Assembly: GCF_902459465.1 (NCBI RefSeq)
Contig: NC_047062.1
Span: forward strand, 20,584,001 to 20,648,000
Direction of reading: 5' to 3'
DNA: 64,000 nucleotides
Origin: Asterias rubens
Taxonomy: Eukaryota
Shown: piece by piece, positions 38,766 through 49,900 of the stretch
Layout: each line of letters begins with the position of its first letter
How positions within the stretch are numbered: the stretch's first letter is position 1
Made by a program: the position numbers and the translations under genes
The notes under the pieces: generated by a model
What the model was told of the DNA's origin: nothing
What the model saw: only the letters and a program-made list of their open reading frames with translations
Databases searched by the model: none

Positions 38766-40317
38766 TGGTGATGCTGTACGTCAGTGGTCACCTGCATGGG
38801 GAGATGGAGTACACCAACTACTTTGACACACAGGCAGAGATAAGCCCGTCTTAAAATGTATCTGATTACTCGTCTTTGTCTGCGAGGTACGGCTCACTAA
38901 TGTCACCAGTTGATCCCGCCCTTCAACAAGGTACATCCCAAGTTGAGATTTCTACCCCAATTTTCGCTGGAATTAAGATTTATTATTGGCTATAGTGTGT
39001 TATTTTGTTCGTGTGAGGGCAGTTCTAATTAAGTGACGTGTTAATTTAAACGGTCACTCGATAATCACTGTAAGATGTTCATAACTAAGAAATTATGGCC
39101 AGGTTGAAAATGGTACTTTGATATCATTTTCAAAGTACTTTTGAAGTAAGTTTCAAGCGATATAAGGCCCTATATCTTATAAGCTATTTAAAGCAATATG
39201 GAGAAAGATCCATATAACTTTAGGTTTGGCACCACATGCACCGTCGTCACATTTTAACTTTCGGCTAATCAGACAACAAACAAACAATCGACTTAATAAT
39301 CATGACATTTTGATGAATGTTTATCATACCAGTTATATGTATTGATCAGACACAAATAACTTATGATTATTTACAGGCTCGCTTCATTCTCTGCTATAAG
39401 ACTAGTCTTCATTCCATAACATCACATTATGCAGAATCTTGAAACTTATCGCATTATTATAATAGAACCACAAGATTGACATCAGCATACACCAATCACA
39501 TTATTGTAACTAAGCATGCGGCTACAACTGGAAGGTAATAACAACAAGTCACAGCTCATAATTTTGTTATCAAGATTACGGTACAAAAATGCTATCGGCA
39601 ATGGCCGATACACACAAAACCACAGTCATCAATATGAAATTTAAAACGGACAACAAAATGCCAATGTCTGGTATACAATCATGACTAATTTTTGTTTACG
39701 CATATGAACTCTCATCAGTCTTAACACAAAACAATACATTTTTGTTTGGGCAATCACTCATCTTTTCCGTAGAATATACAACAAAGAAAACCTCTGTTGT
39801 AGTTTTTACATTTTAACTGAATAACAATTCAAAGTCGTCCACCGAGGAAAAGTCGTCCCCGGGGCAACCTTGAGGAGGTGCTGGCCGCGGTAAGTGACTC
39901 TAGTCAAGAACCATTTTACTTATACAGAGGCGCAAAAGCAATTACGCAAAACAAAGAAATCCCCATTAGAAGACACTTCAATGTACTTCAAGTAGTACAA
40001 ATACACCCTTTTGTCTTGGACGAAACCCACAAATCCGATTTGAGAGGCTCTGGGTATTAATGGTTTTATACCCAGAGTGCCCACCCACTGATAAAGCCCT
40101 CTCTTCACTACAAGGGATGTCATTAGATTATCATTATGTGTTTAAGTGCAGTACTTTCTTGTTTTTTTTTGTATGTGGTGGTGTTGTCTTTTTAAGGGGG
40201 TCAGGATGAGTTTTTGTTATTTTGTATTGAATAAAGTGTTCAAGTTTAAACAGAACAGCTGGTACGTATAGTGAGAAGTGCTACGGGTTGTTCAATCAGG
40301 GTTGGCAGTTCGCAACA

Positions 40318-40544
40318 CACTCCAAAAACTCCCAGTCAGAATTGACCGGGACTCCGGATTCCATGGGAGCCATACCCATTTCTGGGTCAGGATTTGACCA
40401 GGATCCTGCGTAAGTTTGACTCATTTGTGGGTCATTTTGACACAGATTCCGGGTCATACTGACCCAGAAATGGGTCAGACCCCACGGGGCCCAGAATCGG
40501 GATCAATTCTGATCTGGGAGGTTTTTATATTATTTTTGAGAGTG
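40318..40544. mobile_element. CACTC-ended palindromic MITE (CMC/EnSpm-like), copy 2
   Basis: cactccaaaaa...tttttgagagtg; CA on both flanks (2-bp TSD); interior acccatttctgggtcag / ctgacccagaaatgggt. Confidence 0.75.
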
Positions 40545-41121
40545 CAATGGTATAATAAGATATGAGTTCTATGACATAGCTGGACTAACTTTCTTGCAAA
40601 TAAGATCGAACTCGTTAAAGTTAAAAATCACTTTGTTTGTATTCAACTCCCATCCAAATGAACCAAATCTTGACTGACAGGATAATAAAATATTCAGGGA
40701 GTGGCTAATGGTTCTTGTGACCATTAGCAAAAAAAGATAAAGACATACGGGGAAATCATCTACCAGTATTTAAACCTAATTGCACATACTTCTAGAAACA
40801 TCATACACACATTACGGGGGAGGCCCTTTGACTTTGTGCCAAGTTCCATGGATAAATAAATCCAAAACAAAAGGGGAAAAAGACTGACAAAACACATCGA
40901 AAAGTAATACGATTCCCGCGAAAACACAAGCACATTATCGATGGTCACCAGTGATAAACCAGTGACGATAATGCTCTAAACTATTATGCTAATATTTTAT
41001 CGGTGGTTGATCCCTATTGTTGATGAGGGGTTGATTTGCTCAAACGGTTCAAGTACAAGTTTCCAATATCGCAAGTATGTTTTTCCTCTATCTGGCCAAT
41101 TCATTTTTCTTCTTCCTAAAG

Positions 41122-41394
41122 AGCCCGAATTGTTAACCTGTCTTGCCTGACTTTGGGAGAGCAGTGTCCCGTGGGTCGCGGGTCAACTGGGAAAAGACTC
41201 CAGCCAGTGTGTGGGTAGACTGGGCGCCTGTCTTTAAGGATAAAGACAGGTCCCGGCCGTCAGATCCAGTGACTGCATTTGGGTACAATGAAATGTGCAG
41301 TGACATGAGCTTCTACCTGGGCGGAATGAAGAAAATCGGCTGGGACTACTACTTTAATAATATGATCGTTATGAACTGCACTATCGCGGAGTGA
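41122..41394 (+). pseudogene. Orphan coding-like exon or pseudo-exon of unknown product
   Basis: Strong acceptor ttttcttcttcctaaag at 41121; the phase-0 frame has one TAA (41134) then 85 open codons with a GC3-rich look and an in-register antisense ORF; donor GA|GTGAGT at 41391. Confidence 0.3.
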
Positions 41395-42131
41395 GTCTCT
41401 TAAAACTAGTTCATCAACTTTTTTGCGCAATACAATATAAAGTTTGACCGCTAGACGCCCTTGTCCACTTATCGATAGATGATTAGACACACGGGAAGAT
41501 GTCGTTATTCAAGTTAGCTGATTTTGATACAACGCCTGTTTGCGATAACCCCTAATAAGGATTGAATTTTTGTTGTTTACATAAGATCAACGTTTCGCTT
41601 TCATTTTTGTGTGTGTGATATACACTCATGTTCCGTATAGAAAGAGGCAATAGGAAAGTCGGGGAAACATTACAAAGAAGTCTCCAACCTACCATTAAAA
41701 CAACAACAACAACAACAACAGCAAATTATGTGTCAACATCCAACAAACGTTTCTTGTATTCGAGTACAAGATTCCTTTCATACAAAAACAGTATTAGTTA
41801 ATTCATGAATTCGATGATGTTAAAGACCAGAATTCTTACTTTGGTGTATCCCAAGGTATGCATATAAAATAACGAGCCCTTCAAAATTTTGGCTCAGTAT
41901 TGGTCATCGAATTTGCAATAAAGAGAATAAAGTGAAAACCAAGAACCCTTGTTGAAAAAAATCGTGTGTTTTCAGATGCAGGATTTCATAGATGCATAAC
42001 TGAAGACCTGCTGCCTTTTATTTTTGAGTGAGAGTTTTTGAGAGAGTGAGAGTTTTAAGTTTATAAGAGAGTTTTTAAGTAATAAATTTATTTGTTATTC
42101 TTATTTTTTTTTACCCATACACCGATGTGTG

Positions 42132-42510
42132 TTAAAGGCAGTGGACACTATTGGTAGTTGTCAAAGACTAGCCTGCACAGTTGGTGCATCTCAACATAGG
42201 CATAAAATAACAAACCTGTGAAAATTTGAGCTCAATTGGTCATTGAAGTTGCGAGATAATAATGAAAGAAAAATAACCATTGTCACACGAAGTTGTGTGC
42301 GTTTAGATGGTTGATTTCGAGACCTCAAGTTGAGGTCTCAAAATCAAATTTCGTGGAAAATTACTTCTTTCTCGAAAACTACGCAAATTCAAAGGGAACC
42401 GTTTCTCACAATGTTTTATACCACCAATCTCTCCCCATTACTCGTTACCAAGTAAGGTTTTATACTAATAATTGTTGTGAGTAATTACCAATAGTGTCCA
42501 CTGCCTTTAA
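42132..42510. mobile_element. Kolobok/T2-like MITE family A
   Basis: ttaaaggcagtggacac ... gtgtccactgcctttaa; an extra right-end fragment runs to 42621. Confidence 0.9.
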
Positions 42511-43580
42511 TAGCACTGTATACTCAGTACTTCTGAGTAACATCTCTTATGTCGTTGAAGTATTAAGTTGTTATGCTAAAATAAAATTTGAGTATTTACC
42601 AATAAGATCCAGTGCCTTTAAGCAAAAATGGCATGGTATTAATTGATATTGTTTTACAAAAACCTTTTTGGTTTTAGTAAGAGTTGGGGATGCCGAGAAA
42701 ACCTGGGATTATTTTCCAAGTATAGACCTACATTGGAAGATAATTCTAAGACCCCGTTTTTCAGTTCAAAGTCAACCCTAATTCATCTTTGCAGCAAGAA
42801 GATGTTTTTTCCTTCCAAGCTCCTCATGATCTCCTGTTAAGCTGCACGAAATATGAAACTTCAGGAGGACATCCAATGAAACTATTAATAATTAATTAAA
42901 GAAGAAGTCAATCACAAAGAGATGAAACAACATTTGCTAAGTGGTCGTAGTCAAGATTATAGAAGGAGTGTTCTGCTTCATGTTGTCACATATATACTGC
43001 ACTGACCATCTCGGTACAAGAAGCAAAACACCGTTGACATGTCCCCACAGACTCGAGACAATCTTCTCGGGAAGGGGGGGGGGGGCGCTACAGCCAGGGA
43101 GGGCCGCCAAACGGCTCAAACCAACCGGGCATTCACAGTCGTCTGTGATATTGCTCCTTCAGACATCATGGTTAACAGTTACAACATTGGTGGTAAACAA
43201 TTTCAAACCATACAAACAAACCACACGCCAACATACACAATACTTTTGACAACTTAAAAAAAAGCCTACTATGTCAGTGGAGCTTGAATCAAAAAGTACA
43301 AATTATGTTGCTGCTTTTCTTTGAAAGAGCATATATTCACAAAATCCGCTATCAAGTTTTCGAGACAAAATATCATGATGACCAGTGGAAACAGCCTGAA
43401 GCAACAACAAGAACAACACCAACTGCTTAACAGAATCGTAGAAATTGATCTATTCTTAGGATGACTATTATATTACGAGACAGCATGCAGTAAACTATGA
43501 ATATCAATCTTCAAATCACTAATAAGCCGATAATCTGTTTATTACCTATCAGATAGGTATCTTCTAAGAGCTATCCGATG

Positions 43581-43852
43581 TGGCAGAAGAGTATGTCTGG
43601 GTACGTTCGATTAGCTTCCTCGACCCCGCGGTGCTCACTCGGGTGAGCTCCTGACAAGAGCTAATCGAACAATCACAATCGCCCTCTCGTGGTGACGTCA
43701 TGCACCTCGGGCCAGCCCCAAGTGACCCACTCCACAAGCAGGGCACTGGAGGCTGACCCCGGTGAGCCCCAGGAATGACATCAAAGAACGTACTGTGGCA
43801 GACCGGGCCGACCCAGCGGCACCCACAGTCAACTTTGTTCAAACTTCTGCTA
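43581..43852. ncRNA. Candidate structured RNA or structured element, class unknown
   Basis: Terminal helix tggcagaag/cttctgcta encloses stems at 43605-43670 (perfect 12 bp plus 6 bp), 43746-43772 and 43792-43829; no match to recalled ncRNA motifs. Confidence 0.25.
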
Positions 43853-44495
43853 ATAGCGCCCTCTTTTGAATCCTTCTCATCCAGCCCATAAATTTCCATT
43901 GGGTGGGGGGGGGGGGGGCAGAATCGCCGGGGACAGAAGTCACTGGGACACGGTACATCAAGCTTGGCGATTCAAGATCTAATCAAGTTTAGTCAGTTTT
44001 TTGAACTAATCTTTATTCCCTCCACGTCAGGTTTCATGTGCTCCCATAATTCCATTGTAAAATGACGACAGCTCGAATGAGTGCTTCGTCACCGTCTTCA
44101 CATTATACCGAATTTAAAAGGAGATAACTGATTCCTCGGAATAGCACAATGACCCTTAATTACGAGTGTTACATGTGTGAACAATGAAAGAATCATTGGT
44201 AAAATGATAGACCATACAGTACCACTTGTTCGACAACTTACTATTTGTACGGCTTTATGATAAGAACATCAAATTTGGCACACGGGTAGACAAAAACAAT
44301 ACATTTTACACAAAATCTCCGTTATACACGTAATAACTATATCCCGGAAGCAGTCATCTATTGACCGAGATGGATTTATCAACCATTCATCCAAACTACA
44401 TTACAACTTAATACCGTAGTTATTGTACAATGTGGCAACTTAAAGTGGCAACACATTGAACTCATCTGCTGTCGTGAAATGCCCACAAGAGGGCG
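43680..44495. promoter_or_regulatory. Cluster of CTCF-like motifs in divergent orientation
   Basis: Minus CCACGAGAGGGCG (43680-43692), minus TCAAAAGAGGGCGCTA (43854-43869), plus CCACAAGAGGGCG (44483-44495), compared with the core CCASYAGRKGGCR. Confidence 0.45.
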
Positions 44496-44901
44496 ATATT
44501 CTCACGAGTTTTTATGCAGTGTCTCAATAAAGAGTCAAAATAAATGCATATAATCAATCAACTGTGAGAACAAAATGTCTGAAGCTTCTAGTATAAGATG
44601 AATATTATTGAACCTAGATGGATCTCTGCATTCCTTTCAACTCAACCCTATGTAAAATCGGGCATTCGTGTCCAATGAAATGAACACTTATAAAGTCGAA
44701 ATTTTTTCACGTTTTTGTTTTCAAAACCTTGTGGGAGGTAAACGAATTGGATATAAACATTGCCCTTTATGTAATCTTTATCGTGGTGTATAATGTTAAC
44801 CGGTTTATGAGAAGTAAACCAGTCGTTTACCAATCAATAACTTGAGCACATGATGCAACATTTTCAAAAACAAAATGGTCGAGTTTTTCAGGGAAACTTA
44901 C

Positions 44902-46721
44902 CAATGATTCACTTTGAACTGTTTGGAGATGAATCGAAGAACGCTGTTCACTATTCCTCACAGTTGCATCAATGCTTATTGTGGATGCAACTCTTTGTTC
45001 TCTTTTCCTCCATTTGTGGGGATACTTCTGAAGATAGACAATCAAAACCAGTATGAAAAGAGATTTATTAATAATTAACAAATAAATACAGTTGGATTTT
45101 GTTTTACCCTTCACTCATTAAAACTTTTGTAGAACGAAAAGCAGTAACCAATTTGTCCCCCTTTTTTATCGTTGCTTGAAACACGAGCAGTCCTTCATGC
45201 AAGCCAAGTACGCAGATACCCACAGAAATACAATGTCTACAATGCCTACATGAAAGTTACCATTACCTCATTATTAAAGCACACACCAGTATAGTTGTGA
45301 AGTCCATTTTCAGCTTCCTGAACAAAATCCGGCTAAAAAAAAAAAGTTTACATGTAAAACTGCCTCAAATCCTATACACTACAACTTAAAAACCTTAAAA
45401 CGCATAATGTAGAGGAGTGATAACATTAGTTCAAAAATACAATAACATCCTATAATGGGGACTTAAACGCATGAAAAATAGGGGAGAAGTTACAAATAAT
45501 TATAGGTATATAAACTATACGAACTCAAAAGCAGAGGTTCTGACTGTATGTGGTCATTCAAGTTTACAATCCATGTAAAACTTTAACAATAAAAATATTT
45601 AAAATCCTACACACTTTAAAAACCTTAAAACACATAATGTAGATGAGGTAATCAAATTACTTAAAACAGTAGTGGAGTTCAAACACAAGGGAATTTAAGG
45701 GGAAAAGTTACCAAAAATATTATAGGCCTACAAACGAACTCAAAGCTAGAGATTCTGACTGGGATCATCAAAGCTTACATGTACAACTTTAACAATAGCA
45801 AAAGGTAGCATCATGTTTACCCTAAAGGCAGTGGACACTATTGGTAATTACTAAAAATAATTATTAGCATAAAACCTTGCTTGGTAACGAGTAATGGGGA
45901 GAGGTTGTTAGTATAAAACATTGTGAGAAACGGCTCCCTCTGGAAGTGCCATAGTTTTCGAGAAAGAAGTATTTTTCCACGAATTTGATTTCGAGACCTC
46001 AAGTTTAGAACTTGAGGTCTCGAAATCAACCAACCGCACACAACTTCGTGTGACAAGGGTGTTTTTTCTTTCATTATTATCTCGAAACTTCGACGACCAA
46101 TTGAGCTCAAATTTTGTTATTTCATGCATATGTTGAGATACACCAAGTGAGAAGACTGGTCTTTGACAATTACCAATAGTGTCCAGTGTCTTTAAATCAT
46201 TATAATTTAAAAACCTTAAAAAACAAAATGAAGATGTGAGAAGAAATGAGAAAATCAAGTAACTTGAAATCAAGTAACTTGTTTGAGTATTTACCAGTAG
46301 TGTCCATTGCCTTTTGATTAGCCTTTGAGGGGACTTCACCTGCTCGGGTTGAAATGCTGTGAGGCCTCAGTACATTTCATGTTGGCCTATACCATGGGTC
46401 CTTGTGCTTGGGCACTTTGAAACCGGTTCATTGTATTTTTCACAGTTTAGGCGGGATGGTCCTTTTATAAAGTTCCACCAGTTTTTACAGCCGGCCAGTA
46501 CCTCCATTTTCTTTGCCTCTGCCTACTAACTACTTGCGCCCTTGGCTCACTCCGTATATCTTTCGTCGTAGGCCCTAGTCACGGTGTTCTAAAAACTTGC
46601 ATGCCACTTTTGTTCACCCTGAAGTCAAAACTGTATCAAAACTGTATATCCTTACCTGTATCTGAAAATGCTGACAGAATGACCACATCGGCTTCAAACA
46701 GGCAACTTCAACCATGGACAT
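44902..46721 (-). CDS. Unknown spliced ORF divergent from TATDN3; complement(join(44902..45027,45267..45332,46656..46721)); 3' end unresolved
   Basis: Donors CAG|GTAAGG, GAG|GTAATG, TTG|GTAAGT; polypyrimidine acceptors; all three exons are phase 0 and open: MSMVEVACLKPMWSFCQHFQIQ-PDFVQEAENGLHNYTGVCFNNE-KYPHKWRKREQRVASTISIDATVRNSEQRSSIHLQTVQSESL. Confidence 0.45.
45822..46195. mobile_element. Kolobok/T2-like MITE family A
   Basis: ctaaaggcagtggacac ... gtgtccagtgtctttaa. Confidence 0.9.
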
Positions 46722-46957
46722 TTTCGGAGGAAAGGTAAGGGAATTCCAAATTTCCCACGCTTTCTATTCCGCGGGTAATTATTTAAAAACGCGACACTCG
46801 GACCACGTTATCGTTTTGAGTAAAAAACAACACTTTTGCTGTAGCGCCCTCAAGAGTTACCCAGTGGGTAAGACACGTTGTGTTGTTTGTCAACAATTCA
46901 CGTCCACAGCTGACACGGGCCGTTAACAACTCTGAACTGCAGCTAATTGGGCCTATA

Positions 46958-49900
46958 ATGGCGTCAGATTTGTGCTACATCGATGCTCATTGTCACTTGT
47001 CAGCCAAAGACTTTGATGAGGTAACTATCTGTAATAGTTAGACCATGGTTAGACCGTCCAGGTAAGAGATAGAGAAACAGTCATGAGGAATACCGGTCGG
47101 CGGTGCACAGATAGATCAGTAGATGTTTACAAAAACTTTATATTATTATAATAAGGGCAATAACTAACCAACTACTACTACATGTACATACTAGTACTGC
47201 TACACCAACTAGCCCATGTATGCAGGTTGGACTCCTCCGTTACAGTGGCACTGACTGACGTCCTAGTACCACTCCAGGGCTATACACCAACCAATCCACA
47301 ACAGGCGAGACCGATTTTTATGCTTGTCAATGGCCAGGCTAGGGAGTGGGGACACATTGAATTTGTTGTTATTTACATGAATATTTTTAAGGAATTGCGT
47401 CGTACTGCCGTTCATCGTGTTTATTTGATATTTGAACAACTGAAATTATTCTTTTTAAAAACAACCTTTACATGTCTTGTTAAAGTTGTGGTACATTACA
47501 CACATAATATTTTGAAAAGGCCTTTAAAAAATTAGGCCTAAATAAATTACAGTAACATGAGATACAAACTGAATCATATTATACCTGCATTGTATTGTAT
47601 GACTGAGCCTAGTTTCGATAACATAACCCTCCTGCTGTCGACAGGAGCGTTACGTTGTCGCAACTAGACTGAGCCATGGTATTTTGTTGGTTAGGAAATG
47701 CTTTAGTCAAGGATGGAGCTAAGGTCAAAAGGTTGATGTCTTTGTAAACAGTCCGGGTTGATTTCCTATCTTCAGAGCAAGACAGTACTTTACCATCTAT
47801 TTGTAACTGATCAAATTAAGAGGGTAGCTCATTTAAATCTAATAGTATACAGTATCCAAATTGTTTGATAAACATTTGAATTGATCAACATATTGTATTT
47901 ATTTTTACAGGACATTGATGATGTCATTGACAGAGCTAAAAAGGTACGGTTTGTATCCTTAAACAAATTTTAAAAAGTGTCTGAGTATTGGAACTTTGTT
48001 TTCTTTCCTCAAAACTTGAGTTCTATTTGATGAAACTATTGTTTGACAAAGAATACATGATTGGTCTGAATGAAAAGCTCACCTAGGGGTGGTCATGATC
48101 ATAGCGGGTTTCAGTACAAATGGCAATTGACAAAATAAATAAGTGTCTATGATTTTACCTGGTTTCTGTCCTCAGGCTGGCGTGGGTGCGGTCCTCGCTG
48201 TTGCTGAACATCAAGAGGAGTTTGGTCGAATTCTCCAGCTCAGTGAACGGTTCACTGACTTTGTCATGCCATGCCTTGGTGTTCATCCTGTTCAGGTAAA
48301 GTGCTAGAGTGTCATGGTATAATAAGCCTGTAGAGAATCCACTTGTCTTTTGAAAATCCTGAGCCGTGTTTCATGGAGCTGCTTAGCACAAAGATGAGAT
48401 AAGTGCTACAAAATCATGCTTACCGGAATTTAAGGTGACCAGCCAAAAAATTAAAGTTGTTTTTGTGTGAGACTGCAAGTGTGAGTCTGAAGCTGAAATA
48501 GGAACTGTTAAAGATGCAACATGTGAAAAATGTCTAGTCAAAGGAACTGTAGCAATTAAGAAACCAACGTCTAGGTTTTTAAACTTTGCCTGGTGGAAGT
48601 GTCAGGTGAGGTTTGCGGTAGCACCATGTGTAAATCTCTTTTGAGTAATCATGTTGGTTTTGAGTACGTTCTGATCGTCATCGATCGGAGCATACTGATT
48701 AAAAACTTTGAGTTGTCAACCTCTGGTTCTTCTCAGAAGTCACACTTCTCAAAAGAGATGTACACATGGTGCTATCTTAAACCTCACCTGATGCAAATTA
48801 GAATAACAAATAAGCAAAAAAGTTATATATGCAATTAAAATGCTTATTTCAAACTCGTTTTCATTACAGGGGGATCCCAGTCACGAACAGAGAGGTGTGC
48901 GGCACTCAGACATAGAGGGCGCTCTTGAGTTCATTGAAGCAAACTGCAGTAAACTTGCTGCCATTGGTGAGGTGCGTTTTCCAAAAAATTTGTTTTTTTT
49001 TACTCTGGTGAGGGATTTTGGTTGTTGTTTGTTTTCACAAGGCAGACATTTTAATCAAGCAGGCCTGAAATGTTATCTTCTAGAGGGCAAGGCCATTTTC
49101 ATTTTGCAAAGGCTTGTCATCGGAAAAGCGGCAATAGGGCCAATAGTGAGGCAACATGGCCTCTATGTAATTCTAGGCCCGATACGTTTGTTGTTTCGCT
49201 GCCTATTTAGTTTACAAATTAGTGTTGTGTGCCCTTCTCGACAAAACCACTACCCAAACTGAATCCCAACAAATTTGAACAAGATTAAATGCAAAGGTGT
49301 TCAAGACTGTCCAAAAACAGATTTTAGTTAACAAAATAAATGATGGTCAGACTACAGCATTTAACTTTGTAAAATAGTAATCTCTCTCGCTTTGATGAGT
49401 GATTTTATAAACATTTTTTTTTTTTTTCCATTTTAGGTAGGGCTAGATTTTACCCCTCGGTTTGTGAAGAGTGATCAGGAGAAACAAGAACAGAGAGAAG
49501 TTCTAATCAGACAAGTTGAGCTTGCAAAAAGACTGGATCTTCCATTGTAAGTAGCTAAAAACTTCCATTCATTAATACCCCAGACAGTTTTGCTACTCCT
49601 ATTGGTGGAGAGCGCGTCACGTGGGGGTGTTTAAACAGTTGATAATGACCAGCTGGAGCTGTTTATAACCTTGCTGGCTTCCGCGTATCGGGTGCGCAAA
49701 GTGACGCGCACCAAAATTATCACGCGGAACTCAATTCTTAGCTATTAGTAACAGCACTTATTCTAAGCGCGCGCGCGTGCGTACACACAACCCACGCGCA
49801 TCAAACAGATTCTTCACAAAGTTTTTGATCAAAATATTTCAAACCTAAAATTTTCAATTGACAAAGTGTCTAATAATTGTATTTTTTTAAAGGTTTTTTA

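Noticed and set aside
39841-39870. gaggaaaagtcgtcccc resembling RNase P/MRP CR-I
   Set aside because: Imperfect match with no CR-V partner or P1 helix nearby.
42293-42484. Recurrent ORFs containing ENYVT.EGAVSHNV (also near 20.9, 26.2, 45.8 and 54.4 kb)
   Set aside because: They are frames of MITE family A and contain no transposase motifs.
43581-43852. Identity as telomerase RNA, RNase P/MRP, 7SK, H/ACA RNA, SECIS or pre-miRNA
   Set aside because: No CUAACCCU template; CR-I GGAA missing; GGGGCUCA in the wrong position; no GAUC pair; ACA-to-pocket spacing wrong; SECIS helix too short; 4-nt loop and no known echinoderm miRNA match.
43564-43899. 111-aa Cys-rich ORF with EGF-like CGC...G..C
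   Set aside because: Spacing does not fit EGF, there is no signal peptide, and long ORFs are expected in GC-rich islands.
48905-48925. CTCF-like atagagggcgct in TATDN3 exon 4
   Set aside because: Explained by the codons for IEGAL.
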